From the NCBI GenBank assembly GCA_907165135.1, contig OU015568.1, forward strand, positions 7,254,001 through 7,318,000: a DNA stretch of 64,000 nucleotides, written 5' to 3'. Positions within the stretch are counted from its first letter, which is position 1, and every line of letters starts with the position of its first letter. The notes beneath the pieces were generated by a model. It searched no databases, was not told the DNA's origin, and saw nothing but the letters and a program-made list of their open reading frames with translations. This DNA is from Oikopleura dioica. Taxonomy: Eukaryota; Animalia; Chordata. Shown one piece after another: positions 1-12,748 of the stretch. Both the position numbers and the translations under genes were made by a program.

Positions 1-3000
1 TTCAGGAACTTGACTACTTCGTTTATTGTCATTCCCATTGAGCTGGTTAAAACAGGATTGTTCATCGGATGGATATATTTTGCATAAAAGGTTTGCTTGT
101 TTGAATCAGTTACTGCCTGCGTCGAATCATCAGATGTCTTGTTTCGCGTTGAAACGACTGCGACATCCAAAAGAGGGAAGACATCACAAATTGCTTGATG
201 ACCATTGTCGTGTCTTGATTTGAAAGTTTCGTGAAGCCAGTATCGAGTTCTCAGAAAAATCTTGTGCAAAAGTTGTGACTTGTTTCCATATCTTTTCTTT
301 ACAGCCGGCGGCTGACTTTCATACAACTCTTCAAATGTCGTCGCCGTCATTTGCGGATGTCTAGTTCGCATATCATCGAGATAAAGCTTCTTCAAATCGC
401 TCTCCGTGATAAGAAATAAAACGAGGGTCTTGTTCGCCTCTGGTTTTCGCTCGTACTCGCGAATAAGATTGTTCCACTCAGAAATATGCTTGCCGTTGGG
501 AATCTTCTTAGTCATGTGCAGATCAAGATATTCGTTCGGACACAGGAAGTCATTTTCGCTTATTCCAGACACACGGGTGGAGATATCCGTCTCCTCTCCA
601 GTCGTCCGATTCAACATGTACAAATTACTGGACTTGATGCCAAGCGAGAATTTGATCGTCTGTCCATTATTGTCTTCTTTGATGCGAATGTAAACCCTGG
701 CGCTCCGTGTGAATTCCATGTTTTTCGCAAAAAGAGTTTGAAGAGACTGGTTCTGCTGAATTTTAACAGGGTAGGACGGCTTTTGAATTTTACTTCCGCC
801 GTTTTCTTGAGGCCTTTTCTTCGTGCTCGAAAAATGGCAAGGTGTAAAAGAAAAAATAGCTTTACTTTCATTTGCATCCTGCTGTATCTCAATATTCCAC
901 GTCGTTCCAGCAACTGATGTCAGGTTTAAGAAGGACAGCGAAGTCAGCGCATCAGAGCCCTTGATGGTCAAACAATCAATTTCTCGTAAAGATTTGAAAG
1001 CTTTGTCCACCTTGCTCATTCCGCCATCTACCGACTCAATCAGCTTTTCATCCTTTATCGAAATCACCATTCCTCCATTCGTTCGAATCTTTTCGCAGCC
1101 AACGATCGCTTTCAACCCAACATCGTCAAATATCTCGAGTCCGAGACTCTGAGTCGCCGACTGAACTTGATATCCGAGATCCACGTCCCATTTACCACAA
1201 AAGTCACAAACGTAGGTTTCGCACTTGTCGTAGCATTTCGTACAAATAAAGTCGGTTGCGTTGCTCAATTTCTTGCTGAATCCTTTGTTGCATCTGTAGG
1301 TTTCTAAATCTGGCGTTTCATCGCCTTGGCTTGGCATGACACTATCACTAATCATATTCTGGACATCGGTTTCAAGCTCATTGCATCGATAAACTCGATA
1401 AGTTCCGAGAGAAGTGATTGAAGGGCCTTGACAGGAGCCAGAGACGCAGCTTTCATCGTCACAATGAAAAATTGTCTTTGAGTTTTCGTCGACTTTGTCT
1501 GTGTATAAATCGTAGCACTCCTGCTTTGTGACGCATCTCCACCCATGAATTCCTTCTGGATACAACTCGTCTAAATCTGACACAAGTTCTCCCGCTCGCC
1601 ATGGAAACTCTGCCGGACAACCATGATAGAACGTCACAGGCTCTTCTCCGTTCTTTACGCATTTTTCCAAATTCGGCTTCTCCAAATCAGCATCGCAATA
1701 CTTTCCGTGGAGCTTTCTTGAAAAGCAGACAGAGGCGAATTCGTCACGCCAGCTCTCATGAATGAACGAGACGGAATTCGCCCAATTACAACCGGCGCAA
1801 TCGAGAGCCAAGGGCGCATCTTCTGGGGCAGTTGTCAATGCATTATCGATAAATCTTTGAAGAGGAGTTAGAGAAGGCAACGCGTTATTCGAAGACTCAA
1901 ATCGAAAGCGATCAATGGGGACTGGCTTCACGAAATTGTACTTGCATCCGCCTAGACAGAGCGAGTTGCATTCAGCTTCTACAATCACACGCTCTACGTC
2001 AATCTGACAGTAGTAGGACTGTAGAGTTGCGTTGGAATCGGGAAAGACAGGGCCTTCGTCCCAGCAAGAATCTTTGTTATCACGGCCTGTTTTTTCGTAG
2101 CAAAAACGATAGTCTTTGCTGTTCTTAACTTCAGACAAGTCTTTTGGATTCTGACAATTGGCGGTTTCACTTATTGCCGTCGTAGTTATAACTTCCGCGT
2201 CTTTGTCGAGGAGCAGTTTCTTGAATGTGCCAGATGGACCAGTATTGAAAGTTCTCAACTGATTGGCTTCGCCAATTCCGCCGCCTTCCAGCTTAACACC
2301 GTTGCGAACGATGGCGACGAGATTCTCAAGACGAATTTTGCGGAAATAGCTTTTCTTCACATACAGACTCTGTTTGTACCCATACGAATTTCCGCGGATA
2401 ATTCGGAGACTCGGGAAGAGTTGACCGAGTGATTCGACTTCGATGTCGCTGTATTTCAGCTGTTGAACATGATTGACATAAAGTGCTCCTGTTATTTCGA
2501 CCAGGTTCTTCGTGTATTTCAAAATCCTATGCTTAGCCAATTCTTTTTTGAATCCAGGATGGTTCACATTTATCCCGCCGTTGTCGATATGCGACTGGAG
2601 CCGCGCGGGAGTTTCAAACGACTCATCCAAATGGTCATACAAGCATTGTTCATAGTCATCGCTGGTAGATTTTCCTCCCTCTTCCAACGAATTATAACGA
2701 TGGAGATCGATGACAATTGTTCCGTCGAAAATGGTGCAATGCTCCAGCGCTCGAAGATGGCACAACGTCAGATATGGGAGCGGCAACGTCGGTCTTAGGT
2801 AAATGTACATGAATCCTCGACATACTGGCCCTAGAAATCGCGGTTTATAAAAGAAAGAGTCGAATCAGTCAACCTTTGAATTTCTCCAACTTGTGGCATT
2901 CGTTCAAGTCATAATCGTTTGGCGCTTTCTGTACCTCATTGAGGCATCTTGAAATGGGGTCAACCTCACTGCTGACATCTTGCTCATCCGAGGACTGTCC

Positions 3001-3054
3001 CTGCACATATGTTAGAGAAACAAGTGCCAAAGCGACAAACAAGTCGCGTCTCAT
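1..3054 (-). CDS. Insulin/IGF receptor-family protein, N-terminal ectodomain (signal peptide, L1, furin-like Cys-rich, L2); 3' part lies beyond the window start
   Basis: Exon 1 (3054-2874) encodes signal peptide MRRDLFVALALVSLTYVQG. A 43-bp GT-AG intron (2873-2831) follows. Exon 2 (2830-1) is stop-free by manual translation and is absent from the ORF track because it is incomplete. InsR-like motifs: LEHCTIFDG, LVEITGALYV, ESLGQLFPSLRIIRG, ECNSLCLGGC, GWRCVTKQEC, CTKCYDKC, GSDALTSLSFL, NGHQAICD. Confidence 0.9.
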
Positions 3055-3546
3055 TTTCGCCGTCGCATCTGATTTTCCGACTTCAATTTCTAATTCATCA
3101 AAGTAACAGTTTTATTTCTTCAAGACTTTGACAAATATTGACTCACGAGTTTTCTTTTTATTGTTTTGAATAATTAACTCCTTTTTGTAGAAAATAATTT
3201 TTCTCGAAATAAACGCAATTTTGATTTATATTGTGTTTTATTTTGTACAGCTCTTCTTCAGACTGAAGGAAGAATATTCGTTTGAAAGAGATAGAAAATG
3301 CTCAAATGAATGAGAAACAGATAGTTTTAACTTGTTTTTGCCTGATTCTCTTTTCTTGATTTTCAGAAGCAAATACGCACATACATAAACTTAAAATGGG
3401 GATGAACTTGAGAACCTTGATGGAGCTGTCAATCTTCAAATATCTGTAGTAGAAGCTTTTGAAATACTGCGCTTTCGGAAAAATACTGGAAATTAATTTC
3501 TGAGAATAGAACAGGGGAGTAATGAAGAGGTAAAATTGAGTAATGT

Positions 3547-5490
3547 TCAATCGTCGCTGTCGCACTCGCTGTCGTGGCCGTACGCCCAGTGATGTTCCTG
3601 GCACGTTTTGGAACAGTAGTAGGCTTTAGAGCAACCCCTGCAGCGCCATTCTGCTTTTTTGAAGCACGAACGATTCGAGCATTTTTTCTTTTGCATGGGA
3701 TGGAAAAATCTTCGAAGAAAAGTCGCTAAACTAGAGAAAGAAAGTCCCTTTCCTGAGCAGATTCCATCATAGATGTATCTGAATTGGTGCGTCTCTTGTC
3801 AAGATAGTTTTGTTTCCTCCTCGCTTGATATTCTGCTGGGGCTGATCTCGGCTCAATCTCTTGCTGGCCGTTGATTTCGCCCGGCGAGTCGCTCTGGCGT
3901 GCTTTTCTGTTGCGACAATACGTCAATAAGCTCAGGTTTAGCCGATCTGTCTCCGTGCTTATTGCCTAAACGACAACTTGTAATGGAAAAGGTAATGAGT
4001 CGATTTTGATTTACCTTGAATCCTTCGGCAAAACTTGCCTTCATCGATTTCAGCTCTTCCTGCATTTGTTGAATTTTATTTTCAAACGCGCCGATGGACG
4101 AAATGTAGTCCCCTTGCAATCGCTCGCGATCTAGGCGATTCTGTTCTAGTGCCGCTTCGATCAGCTCGAGCTCGTCGCCGGACGGTAATCGGGACGGATC
4201 TGTTGGGTACTCGACAATGATATTGATTTGCAAAGGTAAGTTTTTGACAAAATTTGATTGACGACCAATATCATGGAATAAGTATGCACCCGAGGCGTCG
4301 GATCCGGAAAGAAGTGACGAGTCAGTCGAGGATCCATATGAGGATGAATGTGCGCCCTCTTGGGCGTGTTTTCTATCGAAGATAAATTTCCTTCTTTTGG
4401 CCGTTTTCGTCGAATCTCCATTTCGTACTTTGGTTTTGATGTTCCCGTCTCAGGAGAACAAATCGAACAGTTACATGACTTAATGGTCGAATTAGAGGGT
4501 CTTGTGCAATAAGACGATAAGCTACCTGAGCGTGAACATTCAAGATCTTACACTTGATAAGCACTTTTATGTGATCGCCGGCGAAATGAATACTTCTTCG
4601 CCAGTCCCTCGAGTTTCCGAGATTGCAGGCTTTCTCGAACTCGCAGGGAGTCAGCATTTTGTTTTCATACTCGATGCATTTTCCCTTTGTTCCATTTGCG
4701 AGCTTTTCTTTGTAGAGCTTTCCGCAGATCTTTGCGCCTCCAGGAGCGTTACTGATAGAAATTGTTAGAACATATAAAGAAACGGATGAGTAATTACCAG
4801 TAGACTTGAAGCGGGTTTGTATTTTTGCATCTTCGATTAGAGAGTCGATGCGTTCTTCTTCGTAGCGCGCGACTGCTGGCGGGCTTGCAGGGACCATGCC
4901 CATCGGGTGCCAAGGGTGGCGGTTGAAGCTGTGTCCGAGCGCGATCTGATAAGGGGTCAGGGGTCGGTGGCCGGGATTGGGTACGATTGTCCGGTACTGA
5001 AAACGGGATTCGCTATTTGAAAAGAGAAAATCTCTAGGAAAATTTAAATAAAGTTTGTAAATGAGGTCGAGATTCCGAATCCATGCCTTTGGCGTACGAG
5101 CATAACGGGATACTGAGTCAAGTGAAGCTTTGCGCGATGAAGCAGGAAGTGTCGAAGAAGGAAGCGAAGAAGAGGGGGTCGAGAGGTGAGTGACAAGAGG
5201 CGATGTAACGACGCGAACTGAAGTGGGCGGTTTTTGATGGGAAATGGAGTCCGATTTTGAAATTGCGGCGGAACCAGATGAGGAGGCGTTTGAAGAAGAG
5301 GAGCTTGATTTGGCGGCTTCGGGAGTCGTTGAGGCAATTATCAGCGATTTAGCAGAGATAGCTTCCGATTGCCTTATCAAAGGATAAGAAAAATACAAGA
5401 AGTAAGTACTTACGTTGAAGAGTTGAAAACATTATCATCATCGGTGTCTTCTACTTCCACTTCGCTCGTCCCCGATCTTTCCTCTCCCAT
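3547..5490 (-). CDS. DEAF1: DEAF1-like transcription factor (SAND domain, coiled coil, C-terminal MYND zinc finger)
   Basis: SAND motif GTKGKCIEYENKMLTPCEFEK..SRDWRRSIHFAG..KILNVHAQ, spliced to SCNCSIC. Last exon reads CSNRSCFKKAEWRCRGCSKAYYCSKTCQEHHWAYGHDSEC (MYND). Start MGEERSGT at 5490, stop at 3547-3549. Confidence 0.9.
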
Positions 5491-5894
5491 CTTAAAAAAT
5501 CTCTTTGTGAAAAATCTTAATTTTTCTGATGTCGACTTTGAACTTTTTTTTGAACACGAAATTGTCACATGTTACATGTAAGATGATGATGAAGGAATAA
5601 CGCAAAGGTAAAAATAAAATAGTTGTTATGAAGAAATTTTAATAAAAACGACGTGACTTATCCAAATGCTCTGTTGCTTCTGATCGAGTGTGTCGTGCTT
5701 GATACGCAGCGCTACCCACTTTTCTTCGCCTCGCTCTTCCACGTCCTCAGCTTGATAGGTACTGATAGGGTTGCTCAAAAATTCAAAATTAAGAACATGT
5801 TCTACGATCCACGAACTATAGTTGTTATATTGCGCGACCAAGCGTACGATTTATCATATATAATTTTCTATCCGCAAAAATATTTTCCAGTTAA

Positions 5895-6425
5895 CCGCAT
5901 GGGACAGATCGGGGGATAGAGGCGCTCGGACAGAAGGTGTATTCCACTGCACTTAAGAAAACTACTGGTCGGATAAACTTGAAAATTATACCCAATACTA
6001 ATTTTGGGGTGTAGATTTCAAATCCGCTATCAAAATTTGCATAGCGCTTTTTCTTATTGCAGAAAAAATGCCATTTTTCTATGGAGGGTTTGAAAAATTA
6101 TCTCTTATTAAGATTTCTCGAAAAAGTAAATTCAATATTTGAAATCAGCAGTATCGAAAACATATAAAACCCCTTTTAGTAGACAAAATTCTTGATATTG
6201 GTTCGGTTTCAATGTGCAAACACTCAGCGGGAGGGCAATTAGGCCGCATATAATCCGGTGCAGAGGGCGGTCGGTAACCGATAATTCCTTGAAACTTGGC
6301 AGACATGCTTCAATAAAGTGAAGGAACCACCATTTTAATTTTTATCTAATTTGGACTATTCGTTCGGAAGTTATTTAGCTGAAAAGTCCTTAAGTGCAGT
6401 GGAATACACCTTCTGTCCCATGCGG
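5895..6425. mobile_element. Non-autonomous TIR element with TTAA target duplication (piggyBac-like MITE)
   Basis: TTAA|CCGCATGGGACAG...AAGGTGTATTCCACTGCACTTAAG at the left. Its reverse complement CTTAAGTGCAGTGGAATACACCTTCTGTCCCATGCGG|TTAA is at the right (TTAA at 5891-94 and 6426-29). The left TIR carries a 26-bp insert with a duplicated GGACAG. Confidence 0.75.
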
Positions 6426-6470
6426 TTAACTTGGAAGTCATAAGTACCGTTCCAATTTTATCGGAGGGCG

Positions 6471-8817
6471 TTATATGTAGACTTTGACGTCAATCTTTGA
6501 AGCAAGATCAAAACTCCATCTGGGCGACTTTCACGGACTTGTGGTTTAAATTCTTGCGAAAGGAATTCAATCAATAGTAGCGCCTTACGAGTCGTAAGAT
6601 ATCGCTACTAGCGATTTATACAATCATCTTTGATAATCTTCGAAAAGAAATTACATGCTTCTTTATGATAAGTCATGAAGGACACGACTTATGAAATCTT
6701 GAAGAATATCAATTACGAAACTAAGTAAGTACTTCTTTCATAAAATTCAGCAACCCTACACAATTAAACGCGACTTTATTCGGCTGGGGAAGTACTATTT
6801 TCCCATCCTCCGACTGCGGTAGATTTTCCGTCGTTTTCGTAAGACAAGAATAGTCCAAAAGAGTATCTTTTGCTGGAATTTCGTAGCTATCCGTCGGCAG
6901 CATAATCTTTCCGGTTATTACTGGAAAATTCCGCTTCGTTCTTTCATCTTCTGGTAGTTCATCGCAGAAGGGCTAGGATAAAAGGTCTCTTCTCTGGCGG
7001 AAAAAAAAAGATAAAGGAAGTAAAATCTCATTTTTTAAATAGAACTGCGCTCGTATTTGTTCTCTTCATTATCTATTCTGAGAGATTCTCTTTCCGCTGG
7101 AGAATCTCAAAATGCAAACAAAATATGAAACGACGCACATTTACGTTATTATAAATTGTTGTTCTTGGAACAAAGCCAGGCTTGTTTGTTTGGAAAGCTC
7201 TTATCAAAAAACGTATGATAAATAACAACTATTAAGCTTTGATGTAAGAGTTGTGGAGACATACCAATAGAATGATATTCATCGGACTGTGTGTTGGATT
7301 CGTCACGGTCAAGTACACTTGTGCAGATAAACCATCTGCAGAAAATTCAGACGGCTTGAACAATCGAATTTCAGGAATGAAGCTAACCATTTTTTTCATT
7401 TCAATCGAAAATTTACATTATGACGAACCTGGTGGCTATCAAGTGCATTTTAAATTTGATCGAGCTGGGGGAAAACTCTGGCTTGAGCAAATTGTGATCG
7501 CATTTGCGGCAGCGGAGGGATCTCTTGACGCCCATTGTCAGCCGGCTGAACATATCGGTAAACACACTTGACACATTTTTCTTTTGGAAAGTCTGTTATA
7601 TTAAAATTTACGAACCGAGGGTAGAGATCCTTCGTCAACTCCGGTTGATGCTCTGGCTGATCGAATCGTTGTTTGAGCGACGTAGTTTTCCAGAAATCGA
7701 GACCGTCTTCGGACAAATATTCTTCCGGAAGACCTTCCATTTCTTCCAGCGTTCTTGTCTCTGGATTCTCCAATTCCACTTGCTTCTTTTTCTGCCCATC
7801 GTCTTTCAACAATTGATTCAAAGTCAGCGAACGAAGAAAACCTACCTCTCAAGGAAATATTCAACAGCATCGGAGAAAGACCCCGATTTTCCCAGCGACT
7901 TTTGTGATCTTGCGAGCTGATTTACTTCTGGAAATAGATGCCTGCTGGAGCGACACTTGCTTCGTGTATTCATAGAGCTCGTTTATGCGCGACTGATTAT
8001 ATATTAGCACGAGTACTTGTATAAAAATATATTTGAAAGTAGGGTCTCAAATTATGTTCAAAGTAATTATCTGTCCCGAATTTTATGCAAAGGGTAGATG
8101 GGTTAAAAACATTCTTTCAAACCTCTTAGTTTAAAAAAATGATATCATGGAAGACTCACCTGATTGAGATTTTCTTTCTCCGGCCAAGAACCGGCCGTGG
8201 GAGCATCTGGAATACCAACATCTCGGGTCGACCAGTGACAAAATGGGCACTGCATAAAATGCGTTTTTCGCTGAAACGGTTCTTCCGGCTTCTCTGGATT
8301 TTCTTCAATCACCCACGACTGTTTCTGAGTGAGGACAGATGGACACGCAGGGCATTGCCAAAACGATCTGAAAATAACATTCCATATTGATTCTATTCAG
8401 TAAGAAACGTCAACAGTGCGCTGGGAGAAATGATCATCATTAGATTTCCGTCGCACCAGAGTCTGCCCAAGAATCTTGGGCGCATCTTGAGTCAAGATGG
8501 GAAGAATCTGACGATAGAATGAATGTTCTTTTCCTTTGGAGGAAAATCGATAAATAAATCCTTACTAACCTAGATCTGTTCTTCTTCATAATCGCCTCTG
8601 TAGTCGGAACATTGTCCAGCGCGTGCATACAGTAATGCGAGTCGACTTCGACTTGAATAAGATTGGAGTTGTAGTACCGCAGGTCATTGCAAAAGCGACA
8701 ATATAAAAGTCTTTCTTTTAGGTTCCCTCTATTGCCAGGAAAGCTCAGGACGAATTCCTTATCGCGAAAAAAAGACATGCAAACATGGAGACGTTTTAGA
8801 TAAGAAGAATTCGACAA
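6471..8817 (-). CDS. DCTN4: Dynactin subunit 4 (p62), multi-exon; terminal exons uncertain
   Basis: N-terminus [33 protein letters not shown]. Further exons read [52 protein letters not shown] and [15 protein letters not shown], collinear with metazoan DCTN4. The 3' end at 6471 (…KIDVKVYI*) is tentative. Confidence 0.85.
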
Positions 8818-9065
8818 TATTCTTCAACCTAATTCATGCGTAGCGCATGATACGTTTATCATCCCTTTTTATTTAAAGTCTGCCTAAATAAGTTAGACTG
8901 GGGACCATTTCCTGCACAAGGGTTTCGCAACGGTACCGTGTTTGTACAGTACGCGTTCTACATCGTACAGTGTGCATTTTTCCTGTTCAAAGATATAAAT
9001 TATAGAAACAGTGTTTTCAAGAGAAAGTTACTGACACCTAAGCTTCAATCGAAACAAATCATTCT

Positions 9066-9180
9066 GGTCTCAGCAACCTGCGTAAAAAACCTGAGTCAGG
9101 ATTCGAAAACTCCTCTTCTGGGCTTTTTGCTAAAGCTTTTTCAAATCCTGACTCAGGTTTTTTACTTTGGTGCTGAGGCC
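9066..9180. mobile_element. Short copy of the CCTGAGTCAGG-TIR MITE family
   Basis: CTCAGCAACCTGCGTAAAAAACCTGAGTCAGGAT ... ATCCTGACTCAGGTTTTTTACTTTGGTGCTGAG form inverted ends that match copies at 36.5, 37.6, 38.3, 47.6 and 49.9 kb. Confidence 0.75.
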
Positions 9181-9380
9181 ATATCATAATAAAAAAGCAA
9201 TTAACTTTGCTTATTAATTCTAGTGGTATCTAAAGAATATCTTCCCTTTCATGGCCATCTTTTGAGATCCAAATAAGTCGCATTTGGCAGCTGCTGATCA
9301 TGATTTTCTAACTTCACCATTTTCCCCAATTTCAGTTTTTTTTTTTCCAAATTCCAAAGATTCTTCTTCGATCCCTCTTA

Positions 9381-11086
9381 TCAGTAAATGCGATGGGCAG
9401 TTACATCTAAATCTTCATCGAAGTCAATTATAATTTTATTATTTTTTGTGGAGATTCGGATAATCCGTGGGGACACTCGGCCAAAAATGTCCCTCTCAGC
9501 AGAATGACTAATGGCTTTGTGGCCTACGCGGAAATGACGTAACTCCATTGGCCAGTGCGATGGGAAGGCGTGGGCGACAATGGCGATTTCCAAATGCGAA
9601 AGGCATCTTCACAAGCTGCCGATTAGAAAAGAGAGAATGCAGCAAATTTCAAATCTCATAAATAAACCCTTTTCTACATTTCTAGATATTTATCGACTCG
9701 GAGAAGACATCACAGAGCTTTTTGAAATTCGTCAAGATCAATATAGAGTCATCTTTATTGGCCTATATTATAATAAAATTATCTTCGTCACAATTTTAAT
9801 ATTCAGTTCCAGTTAGAAATTATATCCAATAATACAATTAACGTAATAATATACAATTTTATTATTGACGTCACAAGTATTTCTTGACAATATCTTATAA
9901 TTTGAAAACCTTTTTTCTAATAGAAAACTCAGCATAATTTTATTTATAGATTTCTCTCTTTTGAATTCTGATGATTTTATCAGTCAAATCGATCATTTAT
10001 ACTCTCCCCAGAATCCACCCTTGATCCACCTTTATAATTTATTCATCCGTTTCTTTTTCTTATGGAAAACCGTCATTATTGCGACCATCAGACACACAAA
10101 ACAGAGCATTTTTCGTAGCAATGACGTTAATTTCTTACGCTAACGAATTTTCTCCTTAGACTGGAAAGTCGGTACTGGGGTTAATTTCCCGACAAAACCA
10201 ATTCTCATTTTGTCGCTCCAAAGAAGGAAAAAGAGTTTTTCGATCGAAGGGACAAATTCATCCTCCAGCGAGTGAAAAACAACCAACCACAGCTGGGTCG
10301 AGTTGTTTATGACTTTTCTGAATACACAAGGTAATTTTACAATTTAGTAATTATTCTGGAATTTCAAGCATTAGTGTCTTTGGGCTTTATTGGGCACTTT
10401 ATTGTTCAATCAGTCAAAATTGTCTTTTATTGGTACGAAGATTCAAATTTCTGACCAATTTAGTTAGTCAGGATAATTTTATTAAAATTATTGATAAATT
10501 GCCAAGTTTTGCAAAAGAATCTAGAGCGGTGTATTCTTGTGTAGGCGCTTCCGGCGCAAATAGGACGATATTTGCATAACTTAGAATTTGAAATGGCAGT
10601 CATTTATGATCTTGACTTTTTTCCTTCAGAATTGGCAATCATTGTTAGCTTGAGTGAATCCAATCAACAGGAAAGGCTTTTTATATTCTCATTAGTCGCC
10701 ACGCGTATGCGTACATACAGTACAATACAGTACATCAATTTTGAAATGACGAGAAAATAAGCTCATTACAGGCGGCCTTTGCTGCGAGTGAATGTCCAGT
10801 ACATTTTTCTGACACCAGTTCAAATCATCAGGATCAGGTAGGGCAAAATTCCATCCATTCGATTCCCTAACCAGCTCGTTTTTAGAAACAATACGTCGAG
10901 GAATTGTATGACTATATAGCTGAATTGACGAACCGAACGTATAGAAGACGGAAAAAGAAAACATCGACCAGTAGTATCGACTTCAGTGAACCCAACTCGC
11001 CGCGATGTCCAAGGTAGTTTATTTTTTCTAGAGCAGTAATGATTATGTAACCAATTATTATTCTCTCGCGCAAAATAATTACCCAT
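9381..11086 (-). CDS. Possible multi-exon gene of unknown function, divergent from EIF5
   Basis: Coding-like stretches such as YYWSMFSFSVFYTFGSSIQLYSHTIPRR..WNFALPDPDDLNWCQKNVLDIHSQQRPP and LWLVVFHSLEDEFVP lie between AT-rich gaps. No family recognised. Confidence 0.25.
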
Positions 11087-11090
11087 AAAA

Positions 11091-12748
11091 ATGAGAGGAT
11101 CGGCTGTAAGTGGCGATATTCAATAGTTCAGTTAAATCAATTCTAACAGCGCGTTTTCAGAAACAATATAATGTTAACCGAGAGGTTAATGATCCCTTCT
11201 ACCGATACAAAATGCCCGGAATAGTGGCGAAAGTCGAAGGCCAGGGAAATGGTATCAAAACCGTCATCGTCAACATGGTCGACATCGCCAGAGCGCTAAA
11301 CCGAGAGCCAATCTGTAAGTCATCCCCTCCTTCCCTTCCTTTTCAATAACTTCTTTAGTTCCAACAAAATACTTTGGAATGGAATTGGGAGCTCAGACTC
11401 AAATCGACGAGAAGAACGATCGATTCATCGTCAACGGATCTCACGACGAAGCAAAGCTCCAGGACATTCTTGGTAAAGAACACTTTTAATTTGCCCCTTT
11501 CATTGATTTTTAGATGGGTACATCAAGAAATTCGTACTTTGCTCCAAGTGCGAGAACCCAGAGACGACTCTGACTGTCAAACGAGACGACATCATCGAGG
11601 TATGTCTCATCGTCTTTTGATAAGACCTTCCCTTATCTTTTCTTTCCAGTGCTGCAAAGCTTGTGGTCACAAGGGCCTGATCCGCAGCATGGCTCACTCG
11701 CTCTCCAACTTCATCGTTCGCCAACACAAGAACAAGAAGATCGCTGACAAGGGCGCCAAGGGAAAGAAAGGCGAGAAGGAGCAGAAGTCGACTACCAAGG
11801 ACATCTACGCCGGCGAAGGAACGGAAGATATTGCCAAGGCGAAAGTGAACGGAAAAGCTGCCAAGGACGAGTGGGAAGGCGAAGAATGGGCGGAATCTGA
11901 TTCCGAGGACGAAGATGCTCTTGCGAGCAAGCTGTCTTTGTTGGAAATGAAGCCGTCGACGATGTCAAGCGAGCAGAAGGGCGAAGCGTTCGAGCTGTAT
12001 CTGCAGCAGTTGATTGATGATGGTTCCCTTCCGGAGATGATGAAGGCAAAAGAAAAGATCATGCAGATCGTGCTCAAGGCCGAGTATTACGGGCTCAAGC
12101 AAAAAGGTAAATCCCTCCCTTACTGACAAAAATTGATCCTCAATCTTATAGCTTGCTTCGGTTTGTTTGAAAAGCTCATGCCAAACGGCGAATTCGTCCC
12201 GGCCATGAAGAAGTACCGACCGCTTTTTGTTTTCATCAATCGAAACATGGACGAGACTCCCGATTTGAAAGCGATGAAATACTGCATTTCCGCCTTGGAA
12301 GTTTTCGTCAACGAGCACAACTTGACGGAAAAGATTGCCATCTTCCTCAAGGTAAAGAACAACTTGATTGGGAGCGCATAATTGACGCTGCTTGTAGATC
12401 ATGTACGACCAAGACATTTTGGACGAGGAGGCAATTATCGAATGGGGCGACTCGAAGCCATCGAAGAAATATATTTCGAAGGAGCTGAGCGCGAAGCTGA
12501 AGGAAACCTCGCGCAAATTGATCGACTGGCTCAAGACTGCCGAGTCGGAGTCCGAGGAAGAGTCCGACGACGATGATATTGAAATGACGGATAAAAAGGT
12601 AAACATTGATGCTTTCTAATCCTCTCTAATTTCTGCCTACTAGGTCGCTGGAATTCACGAAGTCGAGGAAGAAAAGGCCCCCGCGCCCGCAGCGGCTGTT
12701 GAAGAAGAATCCGACGATGGCGAAGATGTCGACATCGAGGATATTTAA
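11091..12748 (+). CDS. EIF5: Eukaryotic translation initiation factor 5 (eIF5), multi-exon
   Basis: [36 protein letters not shown]; zinc-binding [14 protein letters not shown]; W2 domain with [12 protein letters not shown] and [12 protein letters not shown]; ends DVDIEDI*. Introns are GT-AG. The start exon (MRGSA, 11091) is inferred. Confidence 0.95.

Noticed and set aside
26-2798. Several plus-strand and alternate-frame ORFs at the left end
   Set aside because: They overlap the continuous minus-strand receptor exon, which carries all the family motifs.
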